Shown: one piece after another, positions 63,398 through 64,000 of the stretch
Layout: the number at the start of each line of letters is the position of its first letter
Numbering within the stretch: the first letter of the stretch is position 1
From: a virus
IMG/VR virus record: IMGVR_UViG_3300020048_000023
Span: 64,001-128,000 of that record
DNA length: 64,000 bases
Strand: one strand, 5' to 3'
The notes under the pieces: generated by a model
The model's input: only the letters and a program-made list of their open reading frames with translations
Told to the model about the DNA's origin: nothing
The model's database searches: none
Made by a program: the position numbers and the translations under genes

Positions 63398-63543
63398 TGC
63401 CTCTGAACGCAATACCTAACCCAAACTTTAACCCAGCTAATCCAGTGTTTTGTAGCACCTGCGAGAAATGGTTCGATAACCATAAAAAATATACGAAACA
63501 CTGCAAAACATCTAAAGTACATAAAGTATGCTTAAAGAAGTAG
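63397..63543 (+). CDS. small C2H2-type zinc-finger protein (48 aa, not in track)
   Basis: CSTCEKWFDNHKKYTKHCKTSKVH. Confidence 0.65.
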   Translation: MPLNAIPNPNFNPANPVFCSTCEKWFDNHKKYTKHCKTSKVHKVCLKK

Positions 63544-63791
63544 ACATACAAGAAGTTTGCGAACGGTGCTGCGATGGTGTACAGGTTAATAACCAGTACA
63601 TAGGCGAAATATTCCAATGGCTCATTAATAACGATTTCATTATCGCCAAGAACGAGCCAATGAAACTCACCGACCCAATGCCAGTAAAAGATCAACCCTG
63701 CTCAGCCTGCAACGGTAGCGGTTACTACGATAGTAAAGGATCACCCAAATGCGGAGCCTGCAACGGAACTGGTAAAGAACCCCACAAATAA
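63528..63791 (+). CDS. protein with DnaJ-type CxxCxGxG zinc finger
   Basis: CSACNGSG...CGACNGTG. Confidence 0.75.
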   Translation: MLKEVDIQEVCERCCDGVQVNNQYIGEIFQWLINNDFIIAKNEPMKLTDPMPVKDQPCSACNGSGYYDSKGSPKCGACNGTGKEPHK

Positions 63792-63799
63792 CCCACACA

Positions 63800-64000
63800 A
63801 TGACAAAAGAACAATTCCTCGATAATGTTAACTATTACCCCTACTTCAGCAAAGGCGAAAACAGGGAAGAAATTAAAGCCAGACTCGCCACCATTTGGGA
63901 TATGGGACTCTCAGAGCTTGGAAATGGTCAGTTCGGCATTAAGGACGTTATGTCTGGGCTCTATATCGAAATGATCTGGCGCTACTCCAATAAAGAGTTC
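63800..64000 (+). CDS. hypothetical protein, runs off window end
   Basis: MTKEQFLDNV..., open to 64000. Confidence 0.65.
   Translation, partial: MTKEQFLDNVNYYPYFSKGENREEIKARLATIWDMGLSELGNGQFGIKDVMSGLYIEMIWRYSNKEF

Noticed and set aside
258-63695. Minus-strand ORFs in the track other than 36835..37074
   Set aside because: They are shadows of well-formed + strand genes, with no motifs or promoters of their own.
1-64000. Stop-codon reassignment (alternative genetic code)
   Set aside because: Recognisable genes are full length in code 11, and TAG and TGA both terminate genes at sensible junctions.

Overview
This window looks like a 64-kb segment of a large (probably jumbo) lytic phage of Bacteroidota, from its early or host-takeover region. 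About 130 tightly packed, mostly small ORFs lie on the + strand, with one credible minus-strand gene. There are no virion or replication genes and no Shine-Dalgarno motifs. At least 21 exact copies of the Bacteroidota housekeeping promoter (TTTG-N20-TAnnTTTG) drive short operons. Recognisable genes: DRB0094/Rnl5-type RNA ligase, Thg1-like guanylyltransferase, DHH phosphoesterase, vWA protein, PhoH, two glycosyltransferases, an adjacent Prs-like/Nampt-like pair (NARP1-type NAD+ rebuilding), a complete ABC transporter whose binding protein is fused to OmpA and is preceded by a PspA-like gene, a divergent PanD, two radical SAM enzymes, a split phosphorothioation-associated methyltransferase, an outer-membrane beta-barrel, an HNH endonuclease, a NADAR fusion, an ECF sigma factor and a tandem bL12 C-terminal-domain protein. 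The most striking unexplained feature is at 612-1979. A coiled-coil gene (DUF7873-like) is followed, under the same promoter, by a cluster of structured ncRNAs. These include a circularly permuted tRNA core whose anticodon arm is replaced by long helices, and a second tRNA-like RNA without a normal anticodon loop. Other hidden signals: a likely -1 frameshift, a two-unit covarying RNA motif, a leader-peptide attenuator before the sigma factor, a 32-bp direct repeat around a two-gene cassette, and a probable Illumina adapter remnant. All family assignments are by-eye motif recognition, not database searches.
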